This document shows positions 28,673-38,044 of a stretch of 64,000 nt of DNA, in pieces. The notes beneath the pieces are model-generated. The model searched no databases. It had not been told where the DNA came from and saw only the letters and a list, made by a program, of their open reading frames with translations. The position numbers were made by a program, and so were the translations under genes. The stretch spans positions 111,916 through 175,915 of the forward strand of contig JAGOBM010000001.1 in assembly GCA_017983435.1 (NCBI GenBank), in the 5' to 3' direction. Each line of letters opens with the position of its first letter. Position 1 is the first letter of the stretch. The stretch is from Candidatus Moraniibacteriota bacterium (GTDB lineage: Bacteria; Patescibacteriota; Minisyncoccia; Moranbacterales; UBA1568).

Positions 28673-29107
28673 ATGTTTATCGGCGAGTATTCTCATTCTA
28701 TCGATCCGAAGAAGCGCTTAGCGCTGCCTTCGAAATTCCGGGGAGAGCTCGGAAGCCGGGTCGTCGTGACGCGTGGACTCGATCATTGTCTCTTCGTCTA
28801 TCCGATGAAGGTATGGGAAGAGATCGCGGCGAAGCTCGGTAGTCTGCCGGTCGGAGAATCAGGGACGCGCAGTTTCATCCGGTTGATGCTTTCGGGTGCG
28901 GTGGATACGGAGCTGGATAGCCAAGGCCGTGTGCTCTTGCCGGAGTATCTCAAGAGCGATGCCGGTCTCAAGAAAGACGTGGCGGTCGTCGGCGTCTACA
29001 ATCGTCTCGAGATCTGGGATGAGGGCGCGTGGAAGAAATACAAGCTGAGCGCGGAGAAGAATACGGGCAAGATCGCGGAGGAGCTCGGTAAGCTCGGCGT
29101 GTACTAG
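28673..29107 (+). CDS. mraZ: transcriptional regulator MraZ
   Basis: MFIGEYSHSIDPKKRLALPSKFR...GRVLLPEYL duplicated MraZ/SpoVT-AbrB motifs; N-terminus aligns with B. subtilis MFMGEYQHTIDAKGR; earlier ATG 28634 rejected as 5' UTR. Confidence 0.85.
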   Translation: MFIGEYSHSIDPKKRLALPSKFRGELGSRVVVTRGLDHCLFVYPMKVWEEIAAKLGSLPVGESGTRSFIRLMLSGAVDTELDSQGRVLLPEYLKSDAGLKKDVAVVGVYNRLEIWDEGAWKKYKLSAEKNTGKIAEELGKLGVY

Positions 29108-29186
29108 GGATACGAAAAGACATTCAAAATTCAAAATATAAATTGAGAGGCAGCGTGCGATTTCTTTTTTGAAGGTTGAATGCATT

Positions 29187-30152
29187 ATGGAAGAGACACA
29201 GCATATTGCGGTATTGGCTCGAGAGGTTCTTGAAGGACTGCACCTTAAGAAAGGCGGAAAAGCGATTGATGCCACGCTCGGCGGCGGCGGTCATACGCTG
29301 CTCATGAAAGCCGCGGTCGGATCGGAGGGAAATATTCTCTCGCTCGATATGGATGTCGAGGCGATCGTTCGTTTCGAAGTGCGAGCAGCAACTGATGCTG
29401 TACTTCAGCAAGAAATGGCAGCCGGCCGGCTCCGAGTCGCTCATGCGAATTTCGCGGAGGTTGCTCGCGTCGCGGAAGAGTCGGATATGACTGCGGTGGA
29501 TGCCGTTTTCGCTGACCTCGGCTACTCTTCGGATCAGATCGACGACGAGTCGAGAGGGTTGTCTTTCATGAAAGACGGTCCGCTCGATATGCGGCTCGAT
29601 CGCCAATCCGAGAAGACAGCGGAGTTTATCGTGAACACTTGGTCTGAGGCGAATCTGACACGACTTTTCTCCGAGGCGGGCGACGAGGAATGTGCGTCGA
29701 GCATCGCGCGGGCGATTGTGAAGCGTCGAGTCGAAAGGACGTTTTCGGGTACGCTCGAGCTCTCGCAGATGATCGAGCGGGCGATACCGGCCCGTATCCG
29801 GGCCAAGCGCAAGACGCATCCCGCGACCAAGGTTTTCCAGGCGCTCCGTATCGCTGTCAACGATGAATTCGGCAGTCTCGAATCGTTCTTGGCGCAGGCG
29901 GTCGCGCTCCTCCATCCGGGCGGAAGGATCGGCATCATCAGTTTCCATTCCGGTGAAGACCGTATCGTGAAGCGGTTTTTCCAAAAAGAGGCCAAAGGCT
30001 GCGAGTGTCCGCCGAATTTCCCGGTCTGTGTCTGCGGAAAAGTGCCGCGGCTCCGGATCATCACCGCTGACCCGGTCGTTCCGGGAGAAACGGAGAAGCT
30101 CGACAATCCTCGGGCCCGGAGCGCGAAGCTCCGTATCGCTGAGAGGATCTGA
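29187..30152 (+). CDS. rsmH: 16S rRNA (cytosine1402-N4)-methyltransferase RsmH
   Basis: IDATLGGGGHT SAM-binding motif and RsmH layout; immediately after mraZ. Confidence 0.85.
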   Translation: MEETQHIAVLAREVLEGLHLKKGGKAIDATLGGGGHTLLMKAAVGSEGNILSLDMDVEAIVRFEVRAATDAVLQQEMAAGRLRVAHANFAEVARVAEESDMTAVDAVFADLGYSSDQIDDESRGLSFMKDGPLDMRLDRQSEKTAEFIVNTWSEANLTRLFSEAGDEECASSIARAIVKRRVERTFSGTLELSQMIERAIPARIRAKRKTHPATKVFQALRIAVNDEFGSLESFLAQAVALLHPGGRIGIISFHSGEDRIVKRFFQKEAKGCECPPNFPVCVCGKVPRLRIITADPVVPGETEKLDNPRARSAKLRIAERI

Positions 30153-30193
30153 AGCCAAAAAGAAGTCAAAACAAAAAAACAAAAATAAATCAT

Positions 30194-30547
30194 ATGCGTA
30201 CTCTCCTCGCGGATTCGCATCACAGGAAAGTCATACCGCTGGCGGTGATCCGTCAGTCTAAGCAGGGATCAATCCGTATCGGGGGGTCCTTCGGTCTGCT
30301 TCTGTTTCTCGTCTTGCTGTCCGGCGGGTATGTCTTTTCGGTGAACAGCAATGCGGTGCAGGGGTATCGGATGCGTCATCTTGAGAAGGAGATAGCGGAA
30401 ATGCAGGAGGAGAATGCTCGATTGCGGATCGTCGAGGCGGATACGAAATCCTTTCGGCGCATTGAGGAAGCGAGCGGGAGTCTTGCACTGGAGCGGGCGG
30501 ATGCCCCCCAATATTTTGAAGAACGTGATATCGTGGCGATACGCTGA
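30194..30547 (+). CDS. ftsL: FtsL-like cell division protein
   Basis: 117 aa bitopic protein with one TM then coiled coil (LEKEIAEMQEENARLRI); position between rsmH and ftsI. Confidence 0.5.
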   Translation: MRTLLADSHHRKVIPLAVIRQSKQGSIRIGGSFGLLLFLVLLSGGYVFSVNSNAVQGYRMRHLEKEIAEMQEENARLRIVEADTKSFRRIEEASGSLALERADAPQYFEERDIVAIR

Positions 30548-30577
30548 TAGTCCGGTGATTACGAGGGAATTTGAATT

Positions 30578-32344
30578 ATGGGACATGCACGGATCCCTCA
30601 GAATCTGAAGCGGAAAGAGGGGCGCGGAGACGAGAAGATCTCACGCGTCGATTTTGTTTTTATCGCTTTCGTGCTCATCAGCATCGTGCTTCTGGTCAAG
30701 CTGTACCGGACTCAGGTGATGCAGCATGCGATGTGGGAGACGCGGGCTGAAGAGCAGCGGCTGGCGACTATCGATATGAAAGCCGAGCGGGGAGAGATAT
30801 TTCTGCACGATACCGATGGTCCTTATCCGCTGGCGGTCAACCGGGAATATCTTCTGGCCTATGTATCGCCGAAGGATGTGACGGAGCCGGAGAAGGTCGC
30901 CCTGGAACTCTCGCGGGCGCTCTCGGTGGATGCGGGGGAGATACTGGCCAAGCTCTCCGATCGCGATGATCCGTTTGAAATAATCAAGCGCAAACTGTCC
31001 GATGATGAGGTGGCGCACGTGCGTGAGCTCAAGCTCGGAGGGGTCGCGCTCTTGTCGGAGAAATATCGCTACTATCCTGCTGATACGCTTGCGTCGCATA
31101 TCGTCGGTTTCTCGAGTCTGAGTGAGCGGGGCGGGGCGGGAGGGTATGGTATCGAAGCGTCTTTCGATGATGCCTTGCGAGGCTTCTCTTCCCGGATGGA
31201 GCAGGAGCGGGATGCTGGTGGACGCTGGATCGCACTCTCCAATACACGCGGCCACGGTCCGAATCATGGTGATAATCTGATCCTGACGATTGATCGGGTG
31301 ATCCAACATGAGACTGAGAAAATCCTCAAGGAAGTGATTGAGAAACACAGCGCAGACTCGGCGACGGCTATCGTTATGGATCCGGAGACCGGCAAGATCC
31401 TCTCGATGGCGACACAACCAGATTTCAACCCGAACGAGTATGCGCAGGCGGAAGATTATAGCGTCTTCCTCAATCCGGCACTGAGTCTGCCGTATGAGCC
31501 GGGCTCGATCATGAAGCCGTTCACGATGGCGATCGGCATCGATGAGAAGAAAGTATCGCCGACCACGGAATATACGGATACGGGAGCCGTGACGGAATCC
31601 GGCTATACGGTGCGGAATTCTGAGGACAAAGTGTATGGTCGGAGCAGTATGACCAAGGTGCTCGAGGATTCTATCAATACGGGCATGATCTTCGTCGAGC
31701 GGCAGGTCGGACACAAAGTGTTCGCGGAGCGGCTGCGGCGTTTCGGCTTCGGAGAGAAGACGGGTATCGATCTGCCGGCGGAGGCAGCGGGCAATCTGCA
31801 TAATCTCGATGATCAGCGTATCGGTATCCAGTTCTATACGGCTGCCTTCGGCCAGGGTATCACGGCGACTCCGCTCCAGATTACGGCGGCGTACGCGGCG
31901 CTGGCCAACGGAGGCATGCTGATGCGGCCGCAGATCGTCGATGCAATCGAATATCCGGATGGGACTCAGGAGGAAGTGAAGCCGGAGGAAGTGCGCCGGG
32001 TCATCAGCAAGGAGACGAGTGCGACGATCGGTCGCATGCTTCGGAGCGTCGTCGTGAACGGGCACGGAAAACGGGCGGATGTGGCCGGGTACGAAGTGGT
32101 CGGCAAGACGGGTACGGCCCAGGTCGCCAAGACCGACGGCAAAGGCTATGAAGAGGGGATAACCATTGGATCGTTTGCGGGGTACGCACCACGAGAGAAC
32201 CCGAAATTCGTCGTGCTAGTCAGGATCGTGAACCCGAAGGATGTGCAGTGGGCCGAATCGAGCGCCGCGCCGGCATTCGGTCAGCTGATGCGGTTTTTGC
32301 TCGAATATGCGAGAATAGAGCCGACAGAGCCGATCAAGCCGTAA
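30578..32344 (+). CDS. ftsI: penicillin-binding protein 2/3 (peptidoglycan D,D-transpeptidase FtsI)
   Basis: 588 aa; N-terminal TM, PBP dimerisation domain, transpeptidase motifs (SxxK in ...PGSIMKPFT, SxN, KTGT in VVGKTGTAQV). Confidence 0.8.
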   Translation: MGHARIPQNLKRKEGRGDEKISRVDFVFIAFVLISIVLLVKLYRTQVMQHAMWETRAEEQRLATIDMKAERGEIFLHDTDGPYPLAVNREYLLAYVSPKDVTEPEKVALELSRALSVDAGEILAKLSDRDDPFEIIKRKLSDDEVAHVRELKLGGVALLSEKYRYYPADTLASHIVGFSSLSERGGAGGYGIEASFDDALRGFSSRMEQERDAGGRWIALSNTRGHGPNHGDNLILTIDRVIQHETEKILKEVIEKHSADSATAIVMDPETGKILSMATQPDFNPNEYAQAEDYSVFLNPALSLPYEPGSIMKPFTMAIGIDEKKVSPTTEYTDTGAVTESGYTVRNSEDKVYGRSSMTKVLEDSINTGMIFVERQVGHKVFAERLRRFGFGEKTGIDLPAEAAGNLHNLDDQRIGIQFYTAAFGQGITATPLQITAAYAALANGGMLMRPQIVDAIEYPDGTQEEVKPEEVRRVISKETSATIGRMLRSVVVNGHGKRADVAGYEVVGKTGTAQVAKTDGKGYEEGITIGSFAGYAPRENPKFVVLVRIVNPKDVQWAESSAAPAFGQLMRFLLEYARIEPTEPIKP

Positions 32345-32357
32345 ACGTACCGAAGAC

Positions 32358-33662
32358 ATGCCGAAACGAATCTTGGAAAACATACTGAAAGCGATGGCGC
32401 AGATACTCCTCCGGAAATACCGGCCTTTGATCGTGGGCATCACCGGATCGGTCGGGAAGAGCTCGACGAAGGAGGCGGTCGGCCTGGTCCTGGCGCGCAA
32501 GTATCGGGTCCGGATGGCGGAAGGGAATTATAACAATGAGATCGGTATTCCCTTGACGATTATCGGCGCGAGAAGCGGCGGGAGATCGATCGTCCGTTGG
32601 GCGGTGGTGTTCTTCCGGTGGTTGTGGGCCGTCGTGTGGCCGTTCCGGTATCCGGAGGTATTGGTACTGGAGATGGGTATCGACCGGCCAGGGGATATGG
32701 AATATTTGCTGTCGTTCGTGCCGGTAGATGTCGGGATATTCACGCAGGTATCTGGTAGTCATACGGCGTATTTCGGTTCGATCGGCAATATCGCCAAGGA
32801 GAAAGGCAGGCTCATCATGAGTTTGCCTGATTCCGGTGTTGCCATCCTGAATGCTGATGATGAACGGGTGATGCGGTATCAGGATAAAACCAAGGCGAAA
32901 GCGGTGACATTTGGTTTCGGGGAAGGAGCCGATGTCCGAGCCGAACATATCGTGCTTGAGCCGGAAGCGAGGCTCGTGAAGGGCATCGCGTTCAAGATGA
33001 ATTATCATGGGAAATCATTGCCGGTCCGCCTCCCGAAAGTCATAGCCCGTCATCATCTGCCGTCCGTCCTCGCGGCTGCCGCTGCGGGCATCGCGCTCAA
33101 GGTGAACCCGGTCGATATCGTCGACGCGCTCGTGGCCTTTGAGCCGCTGCCTGGACGGATGCGTCTTCTGCCGGGAATGCACGGGAGTATCCTGATCGAT
33201 GATACGTACAACGCTTCTCCGCTTTCGACGATGGCGGCACTTGCCGTGCTCGGTGAGTTGGCGGCCAGCAGAAAAGTGGCCGTACTTGGTGATATGTTGG
33301 AGCTGGGTGATGAGGCTCTGGCTCGGCATCGCAGTCTCGCTGACTCGGTGATCAGATCCGGAGCCGAGCAAGTGATTTTGGTCGGTCAGCATATGCGTGC
33401 CCTGTACACGTCTTTGCTCGAACAGGGGAAATCGGTCGAACAGGTATCCTGGTTCGAACGGAGCGATGAGGCAGCGCTGTTCGTAGCCAGCTGTGTTGCG
33501 GAAGGCGATCTGGTACTGGTGAAGGGTTCTCGCGGCATGCGGATGGAATGGGTGTCTGAAAAACTCTTATTCGATCCATCCGAGGCTTCGTCTTTCCTCT
33601 GCTGTCAGTCGCCTGATTGGCGCGGGCGTCCCTTCATTCCGCCGACAGAGTGGATGGATTGA
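32358..33662 (+). CDS. murF: UDP-N-acetylmuramoyl-tripeptide--D-alanyl-D-alanine ligase MurF
   Basis: Mur ligase P-loop ITGSVGKSSTKE and Mur ligase middle/C-terminal domains; 434 aa. Confidence 0.75.
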   Translation: MPKRILENILKAMAQILLRKYRPLIVGITGSVGKSSTKEAVGLVLARKYRVRMAEGNYNNEIGIPLTIIGARSGGRSIVRWAVVFFRWLWAVVWPFRYPEVLVLEMGIDRPGDMEYLLSFVPVDVGIFTQVSGSHTAYFGSIGNIAKEKGRLIMSLPDSGVAILNADDERVMRYQDKTKAKAVTFGFGEGADVRAEHIVLEPEARLVKGIAFKMNYHGKSLPVRLPKVIARHHLPSVLAAAAAGIALKVNPVDIVDALVAFEPLPGRMRLLPGMHGSILIDDTYNASPLSTMAALAVLGELAASRKVAVLGDMLELGDEALARHRSLADSVIRSGAEQVILVGQHMRALYTSLLEQGKSVEQVSWFERSDEAALFVASCVAEGDLVLVKGSRGMRMEWVSEKLLFDPSEASSFLCCQSPDWRGRPFIPPTEWMD

Positions 33663-33717
33663 AAGCAAGCGGAGATGATAGGGAGACTGCGGACGTAATT
33701 TTTTTCGGAATGCTGAT

Positions 33718-34638
33718 ATGGATTTTTTTTCGATAGTGCTTATTGTTGTCGGTCTTTCGCTGTTTGAAGCGGTATCAAGTATCGACAATGCCATTATCAA
33801 TGCCGATGTCCTCTCGACGATGGGAGCGAAGGCGCGGCGATTTTTTATCACGTGGGGAATATTGATCGCGGTCTTCCTGGTCCGGGGTCTGCTGCCCTGG
33901 GTGATCGTGTGGGCGACGGTGCCGAGTCTTGGATTCTTCGGATCATTTACGGCGATGTTCTCCAATGATCCGAATGTACATACGGCGATCGCGGCGGCGG
34001 CACCGGTCCTCCTCATGGGCGGCGGTATATTCCTCTTGTTCCTCTTCCTGCACTGGATTTTCCTGGAAGACAAATGTATCGGATTTCATTGCGAGCGTTT
34101 CGTATCCCGTCACGGGGTCTGGTTCTACGCGGCTGTCTCGGTGATCCTGATGACGATCGTCTGGTACGCGCTCAAGCAGGATCCGATGGTGGCTTTTGGC
34201 GCCGTGGTAGGCTCGACGGCCTTTTTCATCATGCATGGGTTCCGTCTACAAGCGGAGAAAGCCGAAGAAAACCTCAAGGGGTCACATCTATCTGATTGGA
34301 GCAAGGTGCTCTTCCTTGAAGTCATCGACTTATCGTTCTCGATTGATGGCGTGCTCGGAGCCTTTGCATTTACTATGTCGGTCCCATTGATCCTGGTCGG
34401 CAACGGCATCGGCGCTATCGTCGTCCGGCAGCTTACGGTGATGAATATCGAACGGGTGAAGCGCTATGTCTATCTCAAGAACGGAGCCATGTATTCCATC
34501 CTGCTGCTCGGAAGTGTCATGGTTCTGGAAGGATTTAAGATCCATGTCCCCGAGTGGCTGGCTCCGGTGGCGACCATCGCTATCATCTGGTATTTCTTCG
34601 ACCGTTCGAAGCGGAAAATCCGTCTCTCGGCAAATTGA
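33718..34638 (+). CDS. integral membrane protein (TerC/DUF475-like)
   Basis: 306 aa, ~8 TM; N-terminal LFEAVSSIDNAIINA motif. Confidence 0.4.
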   Translation: MDFFSIVLIVVGLSLFEAVSSIDNAIINADVLSTMGAKARRFFITWGILIAVFLVRGLLPWVIVWATVPSLGFFGSFTAMFSNDPNVHTAIAAAAPVLLMGGGIFLLFLFLHWIFLEDKCIGFHCERFVSRHGVWFYAAVSVILMTIVWYALKQDPMVAFGAVVGSTAFFIMHGFRLQAEKAEENLKGSHLSDWSKVLFLEVIDLSFSIDGVLGAFAFTMSVPLILVGNGIGAIVVRQLTVMNIERVKRYVYLKNGAMYSILLLGSVMVLEGFKIHVPEWLAPVATIAIIWYFFDRSKRKIRLSAN

Positions 34639-34715
34639 CAAACCGGGGGCTCGGGGTACAATACGTGAAGGAGGCGATAGCTTTCCGCTAACGGTTAATC
34701 GGTGAGAGTAAGACT

Positions 34716-35075
34716 ATGACGGACAATATGATGGACAAGGAATTCGTCGAGTATGTCGTGAAGATGCTCGTAGACAATCCCGACGATGTGAAAGTGGAGC
34801 GGAAGATCGATGAGATGGGCGTGCTGATTACGCTCGATGTGAATCCTCAGGATATGGGTATGGTGATCGGACGCGAGGGCATGACGGCCAAAGCGCTTCG
34901 GACACTGCTCCGGGTCATCGGCGCACGCAACAGCGCCCGGGTGAACCTCAAGATCAATGAGCCGGAAGGATCGGAACGCGGTCATCGCGAGCCGCGCGAG
35001 GAGAGGCTGGCGCCGGTCGCGGCTGAACCGGTCAAGCGTTCGCTCGACGATGTGATGAATGATATCCAAGCGTAA
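34716..35075 (+). CDS. KH-domain RNA-binding protein (UPF0109/YlqC-like)
   Basis: VKVERKIDEMGVLITLDVNPQDMGMVIGREGMTAKALRTLL: KH_4 GxxG motif. Confidence 0.7.
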   Translation: MTDNMMDKEFVEYVVKMLVDNPDDVKVERKIDEMGVLITLDVNPQDMGMVIGREGMTAKALRTLLRVIGARNSARVNLKINEPEGSERGHREPREERLAPVAAEPVKRSLDDVMNDIQA

Positions 35076-35088
35076 AAAGATTTTCCAG

Positions 35089-35116
35089 AACCGCTCCACA
35101 AGGGGCGGTTTTTTGT
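35089..35116 (+). terminator. intrinsic terminator
   Basis: aaccgctcc-acaa-ggggcggtt then ttttg. Confidence 0.6.
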
Positions 35117-35130
35117 TTATCACGAATAGC

Positions 35131-35225
35131 GAAAAAATCCCAGACTGCGGAAGAGCTTTTTTTGATGTACTACGCTTCCGAGCGTACAGCAAGAAAAAAA
35201 TCTTCCGCAGTCTGGGATTTTTCAC
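35131..35225 (+). repeat. F3 hairpin repeat element copy a
   Basis: gaaaaaatcccagactgcggaagag-cttttttt-[gatgtactacgcttccgagcgtacagcaag]-aaaaaaa-tcttccgcagtctgggatttttcac; perfect 21-bp outer stem, A-run 5' and T-run 3'. Confidence 0.85.
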
Positions 35226-35235
35226 ATGAGGTAAA

Positions 35236-35420
35236 GAAAAGCAAGGATACTTTCATTTCCTGCACCGTGCTTCCCTCCGACCGTTTCACGACGTTACGCC
35301 GAGAAAATTTCCCGTGTCCCGACGTCTGACTCGGGGTCGGGAAATTTTCTTGCAGCGCTCGTGTCGGAAACGGGACGGATGAAAGCATATAGTGCGAGAA
35401 ACAAAAGTATCCTTGCTTTC
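35236..35420. repeat. F2 large palindromic repeat element copy b (~185 bp)
   Basis: aagcaaggatactttcatttc...ccgaccgtttcacgacgttacgccgagaaaatttcccgtgtcccgacg-[tctgactcgggg]-tcgggaaattttcttgcagcgctcgtgtcggaaacgggacgg...gaaacaaaagtatccttgctt; central ~130 bp is ~80% identical to copy a. Confidence 0.75.
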
Positions 35421-35580
35421 TAGTGCCTGTATATTAGCTTAAAGACGCATGAGAGATTCTGACGGCGCACGAGGTGAGTCAGTTGGAGGGGTCGTATAAG
35501 AGTCGCGCGGTATTTCTCTTGGCTTTCCGTGAGCTTCATGCTAGGATGGCCGTACTTTCAACGATTATCAGGAGGAAATT

Positions 35581-36153
35581 ATGGAAGTAAAAACATTCGA
35601 TATACCGGGTCTCGCGCTGGTAATCCCTCGGGCGTTCGATGACGATCGGGGGTATTTCTTCGAGTCATGGAACGACGCCACCTATGCGTCTCTCGGGCTG
35701 TTTGATCCGACAGAACGCTTCGTCCAGGACAATGAGTCGGGATCGAAGCGCGGGGTCGTACGCGGACTGCATTTCCAGCGGCCGCCATTCGCCCAGGCGA
35801 AGCTTGTCCGGGTCGTACGCGGCCGGGTGATGGATGTCGCCGTCGATATCCGTGTCGGATCCCCGACGTTCGGCCGGTATCAGGTCGTCTTACTCTCGGG
35901 TGAGAATCGGCATCAGTTCTTTGTTCCAGTCGGATTCGCTCATGGCTTCATTTCGCTCGAGGAGGGGACGATATTTGCCTACAAGGTGACGGCACCGTAT
36001 GCCAAAGAATGCGATGGGGGCATCCGTTTCGACGATTCGACTCTCGATATACCTTGGCCGACCCATGATCAGCTGATCGTGTCGGAGAAAGATCGGCTCT
36101 TACCGACACTCTCCGAATATCTCGAACAACCGGCATTCCGTTATGGAGAATGA
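35581..36153 (+). CDS. rfbC: dTDP-4-dehydrorhamnose 3,5-epimerase
   Basis: 190 aa cupin; RGLHFQRPPFAQAKLVRVVRGRVMDVAVDIR and HGF motif characteristic of RmlC. Confidence 0.85.
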   Translation: MEVKTFDIPGLALVIPRAFDDDRGYFFESWNDATYASLGLFDPTERFVQDNESGSKRGVVRGLHFQRPPFAQAKLVRVVRGRVMDVAVDIRVGSPTFGRYQVVLLSGENRHQFFVPVGFAHGFISLEEGTIFAYKVTAPYAKECDGGIRFDDSTLDIPWPTHDQLIVSEKDRLLPTLSEYLEQPAFRYGE

Positions 36154-36220
36154 ATGCTGCTGATAGCCTTTGAAGCCCTTTCTGATATACTGGAAGGGCT
36201 TTTTCTTTTGGTGCATATCT

Positions 36221-37204
36221 ATGAACATACTCGTGACGGGCGGATCCGGATTCATCGGTTCCAATTTTATCCGCTTCATCCTGGAGACGTATCCTGAAGA
36301 TACGGTGATCAATCTTGATGTGCTGACCTACGCGGGCAATCCCGACAATCTTTCCGAATACCAGAATGATGTCCGGTACCGGTTCGAGCGGGGAGATATC
36401 TGCGATAGAGAGACGGTCGACCGGCTGGTCGCGGCCTGCGATGCTATCGTACACTTTGCCGCTGAGTCGCATGTGGACCGATCGATACTCGGGCCGGAAG
36501 CTTTTGTGCAGACCAATGTCGTCGGGACCTTTACACTGCTCGAGGCGGCGCGGAAATACGGGAAGCGGTTTCATCATATCTCGACCGATGAGGTCTTCGG
36601 ATCGCTCGGTCCAAATGATGCTCCGTTCCATGAGGGGACGCCATATGATCCGCGGAGTCCGTACAGCGCGTCCAAGGCATCGTCGGACCATCTGGTGCGA
36701 GCGTATTTCCATACCTTCGGTCTGCCGGTCACGCTCTCCAATTGCTCCAACAATTATGGGCCGTATCATTTTCCGGAAAAGCTCATCCCACTCGCGATCA
36801 CGAACCTGCTCGAGGGGAAGAATGTCCCAGTCTACGGGGACGGGAGGCAGGTGCGCGACTGGCTGTATGTCGAGGATCACTGCCGGGCTATCGATATGAT
36901 CCTGCGGCGGGGACGAATCGGAGAAACCTACTGTATCGGCGGCAATGGCGAACGGGAGAATATCTGGATCGTAGAGCGTCTGCTCGCATCACTCGGTCTC
37001 GGTGAAGATCGGATCGAGTACGTGACGGATCGCCTCGGACATGATCGTCGCTATGCTATCGATTTTTCGAAGATCCAGACGGAACTCGGCTGGCAGCCAT
37101 CAGTCGATCTCGAGACCGGTCTCGAGAAGACGGTCGCGTGGTTTCGGGAGCATGAGGCATGGTGGCGGAGGGTCAAGAGCGGTGAATACCGAAATATTGA
37201 CTGA
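36221..37204 (+). CDS. rfbB: dTDP-glucose 4,6-dehydratase
   Basis: MNILVTGGSGFIGSNF Rossmann GxxGxxG, YSASKASSDHL (YxxxK), SDR-extended family. Confidence 0.85.
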   Translation: MNILVTGGSGFIGSNFIRFILETYPEDTVINLDVLTYAGNPDNLSEYQNDVRYRFERGDICDRETVDRLVAACDAIVHFAAESHVDRSILGPEAFVQTNVVGTFTLLEAARKYGKRFHHISTDEVFGSLGPNDAPFHEGTPYDPRSPYSASKASSDHLVRAYFHTFGLPVTLSNCSNNYGPYHFPEKLIPLAITNLLEGKNVPVYGDGRQVRDWLYVEDHCRAIDMILRRGRIGETYCIGGNGERENIWIVERLLASLGLGEDRIEYVTDRLGHDRRYAIDFSKIQTELGWQPSVDLETGLEKTVAWFREHEAWWRRVKSGEYRNID

Positions 37205-37259
37205 TTGAATAAAATAGGGTAGAATATTTTCGGTTCATTGCGAAGAAAAGGGGTATGCC

Positions 37260-37994
37260 ATGGAAATGGGAGTCGTTGGAAAGAAGGTCAAACCGGTTAT
37301 TTCCGAATCAGCCCTCCGTCAGCTCTATGAGGCTTTGGAACGGGCTGGATTCACTCAGGCTGAGATCCAGCTCTTGACGGTGACGCCGCTTCTGCTGATG
37401 CAGATCAAACAGGTCTTGCAAGGGCGGATACCGGAGATACGATCCGTGCCGATCGCAAAGGAATGTCTTGAGCCATATGTGCCGGATGTATTTTGTAGCA
37501 TTTGGAAGTCGCGAGATCCAGTAGCGACGCTCGTAGAGCGCGTGCGTCATCGGGGTATCGATATCCTGGTTCAGGATACAGATGTTTTTGATAAGCCGAA
37601 TGAGTCATTGTCTGACGATGAGGATGTTTATTTCATTCGTCTGGCGGTGAATGATTTCCATCTTCCATCCAGAAGGACATATGCACCGCAGATCTTGAAT
37701 CCGGGTATGTTGCAAGAGTGGAGCAGGCAGTCGTTGTCTCCTGGCTGGGAGGTATCGTTCTGTCGGCCGGATGATGTGCTGTACATTGCGCTTCTGGATG
37801 ATATTGAAATACTCATCCGCAAGCCGATCCGTATAGCTATGTCCCCGGTAGTCATTGATGCGCGTCGAGAAATCTTCCAGCTACAATATATAGGGAAGAG
37901 GCTCACTATAGTTCCGATTCCTGCCGGACAGACGGCTGTATTTCCACGACATTTCCCGATGCTGTTTCGTCTATCGAAAATAGAGTCAGCCTGA
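37260..37994 (+). CDS. hypothetical protein, compositionally atypical (GC ~48-50% vs ~58% in neighbours)
   Basis: 244 aa with no recognisable motifs, inserted between rfbB and rfbD; gggtagaat -10-like upstream; strong terminator downstream. Confidence 0.45.
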   Translation: MEMGVVGKKVKPVISESALRQLYEALERAGFTQAEIQLLTVTPLLLMQIKQVLQGRIPEIRSVPIAKECLEPYVPDVFCSIWKSRDPVATLVERVRHRGIDILVQDTDVFDKPNESLSDDEDVYFIRLAVNDFHLPSRRTYAPQILNPGMLQEWSRQSLSPGWEVSFCRPDDVLYIALLDDIEILIRKPIRIAMSPVVIDARREIFQLQYIGKRLTIVPIPAGQTAVFPRHFPMLFRLSKIESA

Positions 37995-38000
37995 CACAAA

Positions 38001-38040
38001 GGCGTCCGAGAGTACCGAGTACTCGAGGGCGTCTTTTTTT
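38001..38040 (+). terminator. intrinsic terminator
   Basis: GC-rich palindrome ggcgtccgagagtaccgagtactcgagggcgtc followed by ttttttt. Confidence 0.55.
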
Positions 38041-38044
38041 ATTA

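Noticed and set aside
30641-32065. 474-aa minus-strand ORF antisense to ftsI
   Set aside because: ftsI on + strand carries transpeptidase motifs; the antisense ORF is R/H/D-rich low complexity.
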